From: a virus
Strand: one strand, 5' to 3'
Virus record (IMG/VR): IMGVR_UViG_3300032294_002823
DNA length: 64,000 nucleotides
The notes below the pieces were generated by a model, which saw only the letters and a program-made list of their open reading frames with translations, ran no database searches and was not told the DNA's origin. Of the stretch, positions 45,400-54,639 are shown piece by piece. The first letter of the stretch is position 1. Each line of letters begins with the position of its first letter. Both the position numbers and the translations under genes were made by a program.

Positions 45400-45749
45400 A
45401 AAAATACATGATACTGTGTTGTGTGTTTCTCTCTGCCTGTTTCCCCATGTATGTTCTGGCACCCAACATGTCAGGATACATTGTGCGCATTGAAAGTGAT
45501 GCTGCCTGGGAAGGGGTGGTGAATGACACATGGGTGTCGGGTGTGACCACAATGAGCATTCCCGTCACGCCTCAAGTGGGGCGCGTGGTGTGTTGGGACA
45601 TTAGAAAATCTCCGCCCGCGCCGGGACTGCTGCGTGTATTCATGACATATCGTGATTATCACACCGGGAGCACCACACATCCGCGATGGGGTGATGATGC
45701 CACCGTGTCCGTCCTGGGAAGAATTCGGGGATGTAGTTCTGGGTGGTGA
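45396..45749 (+). CDS. Putative lipoprotein
   Basis: LSAC lipobox. Confidence 0.6.
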   Translation: MKKYMILCCVFLSACFPMYVLAPNMSGYIVRIESDAAWEGVVNDTWVSGVTTMSIPVTPQVGRVVCWDIRKSPPAPGLLRVFMTYRDYHTGSTTHPRWGDDATVSVLGRIRGCSSGW

Positions 45750-45828
45750 AAAATCGTTTCACAACGAACCATCATGTTTCACCGCCTCAGATAAATAACA
45801 ATGTCCACTTTAACACGAACACCATCTT

Positions 45829-46065
45829 ATGAAAATACCTGACATTTCAGAAATCATTGTGTCATGGCATCGGGCACGGAAACCCACGCCTGAACAAGAA
45901 CATGTTGCCAATCAGCGGGCGAACATTTGCGATACCTGTGATGAACGTGAATTCATGCCCATCATTAAAATGTGGAAGTGCGGTGCCTGTGGATGTCCCA
46001 TCACCAAGAAGATTTACACACCCAAGGGCCCAGGTGCCTGTCCCCGAGACAAATGGCCTATTTAA
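45829..46065 (+). CDS. Cys-rich zinc-binding protein
   Basis: R--ICDTC...CGACGCP...CP--KW. Confidence 0.7.
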   Translation: MKIPDISEIIVSWHRARKPTPEQEHVANQRANICDTCDEREFMPIIKMWKCGACGCPITKKIYTPKGPGACPRDKWPI

Positions 46066-46688
46066 ACGCCAACATTCCCGTGATGAGTTGTTTGGTGCGC
46101 GGAGAATATCTTCAAAATCATGAACGCGGGTGGGGCGAATATTATCCCTGCATTGCCTTTGCCATTATGAGCCGTCCGGGTGAAGCCACGTTGTTCAACA
46201 TTCTCATGGAAGATGGGGGTGTCTGGTGGGGTGTGCCCATCAGTGCCTTGTGCTGGAAAGAATGTGAACATCGTCCTTTGGAACAATTGCAACTCTGGAA
46301 CAATTTCAGCTACAACGTGAGTGTAACCACGTTTGCCGCGTTGAGCCATTTGTCATGCATCTATTATGATAGAGACAATGTAAAACATCTCGGAGAATAT
46401 CTGTTCACCATAGATTGGAGTCAGGGTGATTATTCAGAATTGCGCTATGGCTATGCCGAAACAGCAGACAATCATAAATGCGGGCATGTGATAAAGTTGG
46501 ATTCCGGGCATTTTGCCATACAACCCAATAATCGAATGCGCTTCTTTGACCCCAGCTTCACGGTGAAGAAAGACTTGGTGGTGCACCGCCTCATCTCCGA
46601 TAAGAAATATCGTGTGGAGAACACGCCGAAATATTCCACGGAAGATAGTAACGCCTTTTATTACAACATCATCCAAGATAACACTTAA
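46053..46688 (+). CDS. Conserved hypothetical phage protein
   Basis: LNANIP...YLFTIDW...HKCGH...QPNNR. Confidence 0.75.
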   Translation: MAYLNANIPVMSCLVRGEYLQNHERGWGEYYPCIAFAIMSRPGEATLFNILMEDGGVWWGVPISALCWKECEHRPLEQLQLWNNFSYNVSVTTFAALSHLSCIYYDRDNVKHLGEYLFTIDWSQGDYSELRYGYAETADNHKCGHVIKLDSGHFAIQPNNRMRFFDPSFTVKKDLVVHRLISDKKYRVENTPKYSTEDSNAFYYNIIQDNT

Positions 46689-46701
46689 CCCGAGAAGAAT
46701 T

Positions 46702-47775
46702 ATGGCATCCGATTTACGTCCCGCGGAATTGTTTAAATATGATTGGCGTGTAGAGAAGTTTCTAGAAAAATATAAAACAAAAAGTGCCTTCACCACCACG
46801 GACAGAAAACAGGTGGTGCTTCTCCCACAAGAACACATCATTGCTCTCATAGAAGCGCGCAACACCTTGGAGATGAACAAAGCCCTACTCGTCACCGAGA
46901 AAGGTGTCGGGATGAAACTCTCTCAGTTACAAAAGACGGCTGAGTTTGGAGGCAAAGGGGGTGCCGTGGGCACTGTGGTGGCTAGTCCCTCAGGAGAGGC
47001 GGTACATGGATTATTGGCGCGAATGCATCACTTGGATACACGATATGCATTGAACGCACCCACCGCCACGGAGCGCGGTGAATTAATGGTGTTACAAGAC
47101 ATTAATCAATACATTTTAAAGTTGGAAACCCCAATTGATGTGAACATTGGGGGCAAGGTGTATAAAAACATTTATGGTGCCAACAAAGTGAAGGGCACAC
47201 CCAAGGCGGACATTACATTGGTTTCATTCAATGACACCACAAAGAAATTTCAGGATGTCTATTTTCTATCACATAAATTAGGTACGGACTCCAGTGGGTT
47301 CCAACAATATTCAGGCGTGAGTGCCGATGCCGATGGTAGTAAACCTGGCGCCATTAGTCAACATCCAGAAGTGTTGGCATTTCTCCGACAATTGGCAGAA
47401 GTGTATGATGCCATTGTTGATGGGCGCCAACGATTTTATGCCGATATTAAAGATGATGCATTAATAGGGAAGGCGGTGTATGGTCCGGAATTCAGTGGGT
47501 ATGGTAGACATGCCGATAACGTGAACATGATTGCCCAAGGTAACCCAATTCTGCGCCCACAGGGCAATACCCATGCCCTATCATTTTCTGCTGTGGCATC
47601 ATCATTTTCCACAGACATTTCTCATTTTAAATCCAATGGGTATAAAGCCATATTGGGTGCTCGATATGGTGCCGACAGAAAATTTCAAGTGGATGGAAAA
47701 GTGTATAACCATGTGCGCGTGGGCATCATGCCCATAAAGTTGCTGGGGAGTAACGCCAAACCAATTGGCTCTTGA
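46702..47775 (+). CDS. Putative PD-(D/E)XK-type nuclease-like protein
   Basis: GTPKADI...LSHK...FQQY-G; LQKTAEFGG. Confidence 0.5.
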   Translation: MASDLRPAELFKYDWRVEKFLEKYKTKSAFTTTDRKQVVLLPQEHIIALIEARNTLEMNKALLVTEKGVGMKLSQLQKTAEFGGKGGAVGTVVASPSGEAVHGLLARMHHLDTRYALNAPTATERGELMVLQDINQYILKLETPIDVNIGGKVYKNIYGANKVKGTPKADITLVSFNDTTKKFQDVYFLSHKLGTDSSGFQQYSGVSADADGSKPGAISQHPEVLAFLRQLAEVYDAIVDGRQRFYADIKDDALIGKAVYGPEFSGYGRHADNVNMIAQGNPILRPQGNTHALSFSAVASSFSTDISHFKSNGYKAILGARYGADRKFQVDGKVYNHVRVGIMPIKLLGSNAKPIGS

Positions 47776-47826
47776 CAACGAGAAGAACAGTTATATATTT
47801 CATATATACTTTCACTGGGAGATATT

Positions 47827-48039
47827 ATGCGTACTTGTGCTCGATGCAAATCCATGATTCCACAATCTCGGTTAGACATTCTGCCTGACACACAAACATG
47901 TGTGGGATGTTCGGGTGTTCAGAAATATGTAGGCGCCATGGTGTATGACCACAAGACGGCAGGACGATTGGAATTTGTCCGCCCAGAAAACACACAAGCA
48001 GTACAAACTTTAATTCGTTTTGTTAACCGAGGACGATAA
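47827..48039 (+). CDS. DksA/TraR C4 zinc-finger protein
   Basis: CARC---IP--RL--LP----CVGC; promoter TTGACA at 47772. Confidence 0.8.
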   Translation: MRTCARCKSMIPQSRLDILPDTQTCVGCSGVQKYVGAMVYDHKTAGRLEFVRPENTQAVQTLIRFVNRGR

Positions 48040-48359
48040 TGAATATTCACGTAACTGATAACGCTATCACAGAACTCCGTGCCAACAAGGAGCATGATGT
48101 GCAACATTATCGCATGGGTGTGATGCCCGGCGGATGTTCAGGATTTAAGTATACACTCATGTTGGAAGATGTTGCTGCCGATGATGATGTGCTCATTGAT
48201 GCCGCCGCCGATGTGAAAATCATTGTTGATCCTTTCTCAGCACAATATCTTGAAGGTGCTGAATTGGATTATGTCAAGACATTGACGGAATCCGGATTTA
48301 CATTTAAAAATCCCAACGCCACAGGCGGATGCGGATGTGGGTCAAGTTTCTCGGCATAA
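48039..48359 (+). CDS. iscA: A-type Fe-S cluster carrier (IscA/ErpA/HesB)
   Basis: GGCSG...F-NPNA-GGCGCGSSF. Confidence 0.95.
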   Translation: MNIHVTDNAITELRANKEHDVQHYRMGVMPGGCSGFKYTLMLEDVAADDDVLIDAAADVKIIVDPFSAQYLEGAELDYVKTLTESGFTFKNPNATGGCGCGSSFSA

Positions 48360-48378
48360 CTACACATAGGATTATATT

Positions 48379-49401
48379 ATGATTAAACATGCAGACATTG
48401 TAATTGATTTACAGGCAGGTGACACAGGAAAGGGTAAGGTGTCACATCATTTGGCAAAACAGCGTGACTATGATGTAGTCTTACGTTTCAATGGCGGCGC
48501 CAATGCCGGACACACCATCTATCATGAAGGACAAAAGGTGGTGACACATCAAGTTCCTGTGGGGGTGTTCTACAACATTCCCTGCATTATTGGTCCTGGG
48601 TGTGTCGTAAATATTCCAGCCTTGGTTGAAGAAATTAACATGTTGAAGAAGTTGGGATTTGAAACCAACATTTATGTTGATAAGCGTTGTCACATCACGG
48701 CACCCGCCCATATTGCCGAAGATGGTCAAGATAATAAAATTGGGACAACACGCCAAGGCATTGGTCCCACCTATCGGGACAAGTATGCCCGTACAGGAAA
48801 TCGTCTGGGTGATTTAGTTACATTCAATGATTTCACTCGACCCTATGGCGTAATTGATGTTGCTCAATATTTTTTTCAGATGCCGCGTGAATTAACTGTA
48901 TTGTGTGAGGGAGCTCAAGGATTTCAAATTGACATTGATTGGGGAGATTATCCCTATGTCACAAGTTCACATTGCACGACCGGTGCCGTGGCATTGAATG
49001 GTATTGCTCCGCGCACATGGCGCAATGTGTATGGTGTCATGAAGGCATATGAAACCTACTCAGGATTTAAAACACATTACACGCAAGATGATGCTGTGTT
49101 TACATCCATTCAAGAAGTGGGGCAAGAATTTGGCGCCACGACAGGCAGAAAGCGACAGGTGCGTTGGTTACATCTTGATGATGTCATCCAAGCCATGCAT
49201 GTGAATGACGTTACAGATTTAATTATCAACAAGGTGGATGTATTGGAAGTAGTGGGTGTGTTTGGTGTTGTGCATCAAGGAACAAATCATATGTTCCGTA
49301 ATGTTGATGATTTTAGGCGATTTGTAGAAAGGACAATTCGTAATGAATATAAGTATAAACTGAATAGCATTGTTTGGTCAACTTCACCGGAGACAGTATG
49401 A
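48379..49401 (+). CDS. purA: Adenylosuccinate synthetase (short form)
   Basis: GDTGKGK, GGANAGHT, IGTT-QGIGP-Y-DK, EGAQG, YPYVTSS, GATTGRKR. Confidence 0.93.
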   Translation: MIKHADIVIDLQAGDTGKGKVSHHLAKQRDYDVVLRFNGGANAGHTIYHEGQKVVTHQVPVGVFYNIPCIIGPGCVVNIPALVEEINMLKKLGFETNIYVDKRCHITAPAHIAEDGQDNKIGTTRQGIGPTYRDKYARTGNRLGDLVTFNDFTRPYGVIDVAQYFFQMPRELTVLCEGAQGFQIDIDWGDYPYVTSSHCTTGAVALNGIAPRTWRNVYGVMKAYETYSGFKTHYTQDDAVFTSIQEVGQEFGATTGRKRQVRWLHLDDVIQAMHVNDVTDLIINKVDVLEVVGVFGVVHQGTNHMFRNVDDFRRFVERTIRNEYKYKLNSIVWSTSPETV

Positions 49402-50171
49402 AAATTTTAGTTATGGGATTACCTGGTTCAGGCAAGACCACCTTGGCAAAGGTGCTTGCTGAAAAGCTCAAGGCGGCATATTTCAATGCCGATGAAGTGC
49501 GTAAGATGTTCAATGATTGGGACTTTTCAGAAGAAGGAAGAATTCGTCAGGCTTCACGCATGCGCGACTTATCACATGTAGCCAACACGGAATATAGTGT
49601 TGCTGATTTTGTATGCCCCACACCAGATACGCGCTGGGCATTTGAACCTGATTTCGTCGTGTTCATGAACACCATTGAGGCAGGACGATTTGAAGATACC
49701 AATAAGGTGTTTATTCGCCCAGATTTTGTTGATGTTGAAATCACAGCTTGGGGCGATGTAAATGTTCAGACAGATGACATTGTTGCCAAGATTGAAAAGA
49801 CATTTGCTCCGAAGCCTGTGTTCGATTGGAAGGCACCCACGGGATTGATGATTGGACGTTTTCAACCCTTCCATGATGGTCATGTGAAGTTGTTTGAAAC
49901 CATCTTGGAAAAGGAAGGGCAGGTATTGATTGGTATCCGTGACACTCACGGCACGGATGCAAAGAATCCGTTTACTTCATATGAAGTTGAAACTTTCATT
50001 GATGAAAAATTGCGCGACAAGTATGAAGGACGGTATCACATCTATTATCTTCCTAACATCACCGGTGTGTATTATGGGCGAGATGTTGGGTACAAGGTGG
50101 AACAAATTCATCTAGATGCCCAAACAGAATCCATCTCGGCAACTAACGTGCGTAAGGAGATGGGATTGTAA
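49398..50171 (+). CDS. APS-kinase (CysC)-like kinase fused to HxGH nucleotidyltransferase
   Basis: GLPGSGKTT, NADEVR, DFS-EGR; GRFQPFHDGH; YGRDVGY; ISAT-VR. Confidence 0.85.
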   Translation: MKILVMGLPGSGKTTLAKVLAEKLKAAYFNADEVRKMFNDWDFSEEGRIRQASRMRDLSHVANTEYSVADFVCPTPDTRWAFEPDFVVFMNTIEAGRFEDTNKVFIRPDFVDVEITAWGDVNVQTDDIVAKIEKTFAPKPVFDWKAPTGLMIGRFQPFHDGHVKLFETILEKEGQVLIGIRDTHGTDAKNPFTSYEVETFIDEKLRDKYEGRYHIYYLPNITGVYYGRDVGYKVEQIHLDAQTESISATNVRKEMGL

Positions 50172-50386
50172 TGGTTCAGCGTAAACGACACATTGCTAAA
50201 GCCATTAGTTGGCGAATACTAGGTACTATAGACACCATGATAATTGCCGGATTAATTTCCGGCAGTTGGAAAATTGGTGTATCAGTTGGCGGTGTGGAAG
50301 TCATCACAAAGATTGCCTTATATTATTTCCATGAACGTCTATGGTATAATTATGTTCCCTTTGGTCTAGAAAAAGACAACGATTAA
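50171..50386 (+). CDS. DUF2061 membrane protein
   Basis: KAISWR--GT-DT...K--LYY-HER-W. Confidence 0.88.
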   Translation: MVQRKRHIAKAISWRILGTIDTMIIAGLISGSWKIGVSVGGVEVITKIALYYFHERLWYNYVPFGLEKDND

Positions 50387-51024
50387 TGTTCTGTATTGTT
50401 TCCTTACCTAGAACCTCGTCTACCTACACATATCACTTGTTATATGGTAGTGTCATGATGGTGAATCCAGGTGCTGTCCGAACTCCTTTATCAAGTAAGT
50501 TTTCTGCATTCAATCCTAGATATACGCAGAATATAGATGCTAAAGTGAAAAAAATTTTAAGCAGTAATCCTTTACCGCTGATTAAAATCATCTCCAATCA
50601 CGATTTTTCCATCGTGAATAAAGTACTAGAAAGTAACTACACTACAGTATTCATTGAACCACACAACTTACAAAAACAGATATTGAAAGTTTTAGTCGCA
50701 AAAAAGACCGATACATTTGTTAACAAAGATGAACGAAAAAATTATAAAGGAACAGTAGTAATTACTGCTGATGAAATATTACAAAGATTTGAATATTACA
50801 CACAACACATGTCATTTAAACATAGATGTGATTATCATTTCACTGATAATTTCATTGTAAATAATCCTGATGAAGTACAACAAGTTCTACAACTGCCTGT
50901 TATAAAAACTAAATATACGTACACTCCATTTGAAATATCAGATGAAGAAATGCTTGAAAATGTGACTGATTTTTATTCGCTATATGATGAACTTTCAATG
51001 GAATATTTTGGAGAGATAAAATGA
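50386..51024 (+). CDS. Sulfotransferase-like protein
   Basis: SLPRTSST (5'-PSB-like loop). Confidence 0.5.
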   Translation: MFCIVSLPRTSSTYTYHLLYGSVMMVNPGAVRTPLSSKFSAFNPRYTQNIDAKVKKILSSNPLPLIKIISNHDFSIVNKVLESNYTTVFIEPHNLQKQILKVLVAKKTDTFVNKDERKNYKGTVVITADEILQRFEYYTQHMSFKHRCDYHFTDNFIVNNPDEVQQVLQLPVIKTKYTYTPFEISDEEMLENVTDFYSLYDELSMEYFGEIK

Positions 51025-51239
51025 ACGGTAAAGGAGATAGGCCCAGACCATTGAGTGTAGATAAAAACACCTACAATGACAATTGGGATAGAATCTTTGG
51101 TACACAAGAAGAAATTTGTGAGTATAGCGGATTACCTAACACGGAGAGTTATAATGCATCCAAACGAAGTGCAACTTACACGGGAGAATATCCCAGAATT
51201 GATGAAGATGGCAACCGAATTGAGCGCGAACCATGTTAA
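51021..51239 (+). CDS. Conserved hypothetical phage protein
   Basis: GKGD-PRP...Y-DNWDRIF; CEYSGL. Confidence 0.7.
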   Translation: MNGKGDRPRPLSVDKNTYNDNWDRIFGTQEEICEYSGLPNTESYNASKRSATYTGEYPRIDEDGNRIEREPC

Positions 51240-51293
51240 TGCTCTCAAAGAACAAATCATTAGACAAGGATTGTCTTAACAATACAAAGTAAA

Positions 51294-51956
51294 ATGATAA
51301 CGAATCCCCCTTTCATTGCATATTTTTCAACGCCGCCGGGTATTTTATTGGTATCGGCCAATAAATGTGCTTCCACATTTTTAGATGGACTTCTAATAAA
51401 AAGAAAGGGGTTCAAAAAACTTTCTGTTACAGATGATAGTTCTAATGAACTATTAAATGATCCCTCTTTATATAAGAAAATTTTTATATACAGAGACCCC
51501 ATTGATAGATTTATAGGTTGGTATAATCTTTATGCCTATACGCCGTTCATTGAAGATGCAGCTGAATATCCACTAACGTATAAACAGCTACACTCAGAGG
51601 CATATAAACACATATCATACAGAAGAAATATGATAGAAAATATTCATTATTTTTTATCTTTATATTCTGAGAATGACTTAAAAGAATTGTTAAAATGGGA
51701 TACACACACCGTCCCATTATCGACATATTTTGAGTATACAAATTGTTCCATGGATGATTATCACATACTCGACATGTATAACTTATCCCAATTCACTCAG
51801 GATAGATTTGGTGAATCATCACAATCCTATAGTTCTAAAAATATTCAACTCACTACATCAAATATTGTTTTGTTAAATAGAATTCGTGACATTATATACC
51901 CACTATATCAACAAGACTATGATGTGTTATACCCTAAAGTTAAACCTTATTATTAA
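51294..51956 (+). CDS. Sulfotransferase family 2-like protein
   Basis: KCAST, RDP-DRF, D-H--P, Y--D. Confidence 0.65.
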   Translation: MITNPPFIAYFSTPPGILLVSANKCASTFLDGLLIKRKGFKKLSVTDDSSNELLNDPSLYKKIFIYRDPIDRFIGWYNLYAYTPFIEDAAEYPLTYKQLHSEAYKHISYRRNMIENIHYFLSLYSENDLKELLKWDTHTVPLSTYFEYTNCSMDDYHILDMYNLSQFTQDRFGESSQSYSSKNIQLTTSNIVLLNRIRDIIYPLYQQDYDVLYPKVKPYY

Positions 51957-51974
51957 TTGCACTAAGGAGAAATA

Positions 51975-52067
51975 ATGCCACATCCACACAAGAACCGTCC
52001 ACGTAAAGGACGGCGAAAGGTTGGTAGCAAAAAGCGTCGAGCACGCAATATTCGTAGAAAGAGATAA
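51975..52067 (+). CDS. Very basic 30-aa peptide
   Basis: MPHPHKNRPRKGRRKVGSKKRRARNIRRKR; TAAGGAG SD; not in ORF track. Confidence 0.7.
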   Translation: MPHPHKNRPRKGRRKVGSKKRRARNIRRKR

Positions 52068-52183
52068 TGGCGAATAAATATATCGCTGAAGTTTGGCGTA
52101 AGATAAAGAATAAGAAAACAGGAACCGTGAAGAAGGTTCGCGTGAAACCACATCTTCGAAAACCAAAAAAGACAAAAAGTTAA
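52067..52183 (+). CDS. Basic 38-aa peptide
   Basis: MANKYIAEVWRKIKNKKTGTVKKVRVKPHLRKPKKTKS; TAATG coupling. Confidence 0.55.
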   Translation: MANKYIAEVWRKIKNKKTGTVKKVRVKPHLRKPKKTKS

Positions 52184-52188
52184 CGCTA

Positions 52189-52755
52189 ATGAATCTCATT
52201 CAACCACTTAACGGAAACATCGGAGTCTTATTATCAGGTGGTATGGATAGTGCAGTAATGTTATATCTTATAGCAAAGGAAGCTCCGTCATGTATTCAAC
52301 CTTTTACGGTTGCCAAGCATGACGGAGCTTCCATGTATGTTCAACCCATAGTAAACTGGATTTCTAAAAGATTGCATGTTTCAATAAACGATCCTATTAT
52401 TATTGGAAATCCAAATTTACCTCATGATGAAATTATAGGGGATGTTTTGAATCGTGTTATTCGACATAATTTAGCTGATGTTTTTTATGTCGGTGACAAC
52501 ATCTACCCTAAAAATGAATTACCAGGTGGTCCTAATAGAGTAAAATATCATGATAGTAAGGTTATATATCCACTATTTCATTTAACCAAAATAGATATAG
52601 TTCAGTTATATTTGACGCACAATCTAATGGATTTATTACCACTCACACATACATGTACTGAACAAAAACTTGGGCGATGTAACGTTTGTTGGCAATGCAA
52701 AGAGCGCGCTTGGGCATTTAAACGCTGTGGACTGGAAGACTTGACAACTACATAA
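52189..52755 (+). CDS. QueC-like PP-loop ATPase
   Basis: SGGMDS; P---L-K--IV; THTC-----RCNVCWQCKER. Confidence 0.75.
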   Translation: MNLIQPLNGNIGVLLSGGMDSAVMLYLIAKEAPSCIQPFTVAKHDGASMYVQPIVNWISKRLHVSINDPIIIGNPNLPHDEIIGDVLNRVIRHNLADVFYVGDNIYPKNELPGGPNRVKYHDSKVIYPLFHLTKIDIVQLYLTHNLMDLLPLTHTCTEQKLGRCNVCWQCKERAWAFKRCGLEDLTTT

Positions 52756-52796
52756 TAGGATGTTATATTACAATATGACTCTAATCGTGAGGTGTT

Positions 52797-53705
52797 ATGC
52801 CACATCAGGTAGGTTACTGTTGCATCAATGTCACACTAGGTAAGCAAAAAATCACCACTGGGCGGACGATGCGCCAGGCCTCATTCCAACAGGATACAGG
52901 TTTGGTTCGCACGTCCGCTTTAGCCTTACAGAATGCCAAGGACTTGGTGACTATCTTGAATTGGAATGTTGCAAATAACATTAAGGTGTTTCGTATTGGC
53001 AGTAACATCTTCCCATGGAATTCAGAATATGTGATTGATGATTTACCTGACATGGTTGACATTGTAGATGTCATGAAGGATGCCGGTAAAATTATTCGTG
53101 ACAGCGGTCAACGTGTCTCATTTCATCCTGACCATTTTGTCAAACTCGGTACTGTGAAGGATGAGGTGGCTCGGCGTTCCATTCATGACTTGAATCATCA
53201 CAATGATTTGATGACCATGATGCAATTACCTGCCAATCATTATTATCCACTAAATATTCATGTCGGGATGAATTACAGTAAGGATGTTATTGACCGATTC
53301 ATTGACCGATTCCATATGCTCAAGGAAGATACACAAAAGCGATTGGTTGTGGAGAACGATGACAAGGCGAATGCCTTCTCGGTTAAGCAATTGTATGATG
53401 ACATTTATTCACAAATCAATACACCCATCACCTTTGACTATTTTCATCATACCTTTCATCCTGATGGTATGACAAGTCATGGTGCCGCGCATTTGGCATC
53501 AACCACGTGGGATTGTACACCGCTGTTTCACTACAGCGAAAGTAAAAATCTCAATGAGAATGTACAGGGCAATCCTCGTGCCCATTCTGATTATGCATTC
53601 AACTTCATTGATGATTATGGACTAAATATTGACATAGACCTTGAGACCAAGGCGAAAGAACTTGCACTGATGAAATATCGGGAGATACAACATGAAATGG
53701 TATAG
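52797..53705 (+). CDS. uvsE: UV damage endonuclease
   Basis: GYCC, FRI-S---P, HP--F, RL-VENDD, FDY-HH, FHYSES, AHSD, E-KAKE; promoter at 52741. Confidence 0.93.
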   Translation: MPHQVGYCCINVTLGKQKITTGRTMRQASFQQDTGLVRTSALALQNAKDLVTILNWNVANNIKVFRIGSNIFPWNSEYVIDDLPDMVDIVDVMKDAGKIIRDSGQRVSFHPDHFVKLGTVKDEVARRSIHDLNHHNDLMTMMQLPANHYYPLNIHVGMNYSKDVIDRFIDRFHMLKEDTQKRLVVENDDKANAFSVKQLYDDIYSQINTPITFDYFHHTFHPDGMTSHGAAHLASTTWDCTPLFHYSESKNLNENVQGNPRAHSDYAFNFIDDYGLNIDIDLETKAKELALMKYREIQHEMV

Positions 53706-53958
53706 AAGTGAAACTAACAAGAAGTTTGGGGGAGTATGTGGCGGTATTGGTGAGATGTACGATTGGGATGTTACTGTCGTACGCATTGCAGCATTTTGCC
53801 TATTGTTCACCCCGGTACCCATTGTGATTGCATATTTTGCCGCCTGGTTCATCATCCCCACAAAAGGAGAACTAGATGCTGGCAACACTATCACTAGCAG
53901 TGATGCTACAACTCGCAGCAGCAGAACCAAAGATAAAAAAGAATTTCTTGCCGGGTAA
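53692..53958 (+). CDS. pspC: PspC-domain membrane protein
   Basis: YRS--NK--GGVCGG-GE--D-T-VR...Y---WFIIP. Confidence 0.85.
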   Translation: MKWYRSETNKKFGGVCGGIGEMYDWDVTVVRIAAFCLLFTPVPIVIAYFAAWFIIPTKGELDAGNTITSSDATTRSSRTKDKKEFLAG

Positions 53959-54400
53959 GGTTCCCCGTGACACAACAAAAAATTATGTTGTTATTCATAA
54001 TGATGGAGGGAATTTAAATGCGAGTGCAACACGATTGGTTTTACGGGCAAGAAAATTGGCATACCATTATTTCATCCAAACTGATGGGTCAATTTTTCAA
54101 TTCATGGATTTAAGCCATAGTGCAAAACATGCAGGCGATTCACGTTGGGGTGGTATGTTTGGTTGGAATGGCTTTAGCATAGCCATTGCACTACAAGGAA
54201 CAAATTCCACCAATTATAGCTGTAAGCAGTACGAGAGCTTGAAAAATTTATTATCTTATATTAGATTGCGGTATCCTGATAATGTTGAGAAACCCATACT
54301 AGGTCATTCAGATATTGCATGGCCTCGGGGTAGAAAACATGACCCAGGGAAAAACTTTGACTTGAGGAATATAGAACATGACTCTACCTGCATCACCTGA
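53876..54400 (+). CDS. N-acetylmuramoyl-L-alanine amidase (Amidase_2) with signal-like N-terminus
   Basis: VVIH, YHYFI--DG-I, HAG, N--SI-I, GHSDIA--RK-DPG. Confidence 0.88.
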   Translation: MLATLSLAVMLQLAAAEPKIKKNFLPGKVPRDTTKNYVVIHNDGGNLNASATRLVLRARKLAYHYFIQTDGSIFQFMDLSHSAKHAGDSRWGGMFGWNGFSIAIALQGTNSTNYSCKQYESLKNLLSYIRLRYPDNVEKPILGHSDIAWPRGRKHDPGKNFDLRNIEHDSTCIT

Positions 54401-54638
54401 AGATAAGCTGAAGTTACTTGACGCCTTAAAGGAAATTTCAGCCAGCATGACCCGCGTTGAGGCGGAGCGTGACCTGATGAAAACATTAAAGAACGATATC
54501 TGCGACGACCTACAATTGAATCGTAAGGTGCTCAACAAGTTGGCACGCACCTATCACAAGGGTAATTACAGTGAAGAAGTTGAACTGCATAAGGATTTTG
54601 AGCAGTTGTATGAAACTGTAACCAAGAAGGCGTCATAA
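54378..54638 (+). CDS. T4 DsbA-like dsDNA-binding protein
   Basis: EIS-SMTR-EAERD...K-A-TYHK-N--E...FE-LY. Confidence 0.7.
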   Translation: MTLPASPEDKLKLLDALKEISASMTRVEAERDLMKTLKNDICDDLQLNRKVLNKLARTYHKGNYSEEVELHKDFEQLYETVTKKAS

Positions 54639-54639
54639 T

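Noticed and set aside
48379-49401. PurZ (2-aminoadenine Z-genome) interpretation of the PurA homolog
   Set aside because: The motif is GDTGKG, keeping the catalytic Asp of PurA, whereas PurZ has Ser (GSTGKG); no datZ-like gene is seen in the window
52189-52755. Complete 7-deazaguanine DNA modification system
   Set aside because: Only a short QueC-like gene is present; folE, queD, queE and dpdA are not recognisable in this window
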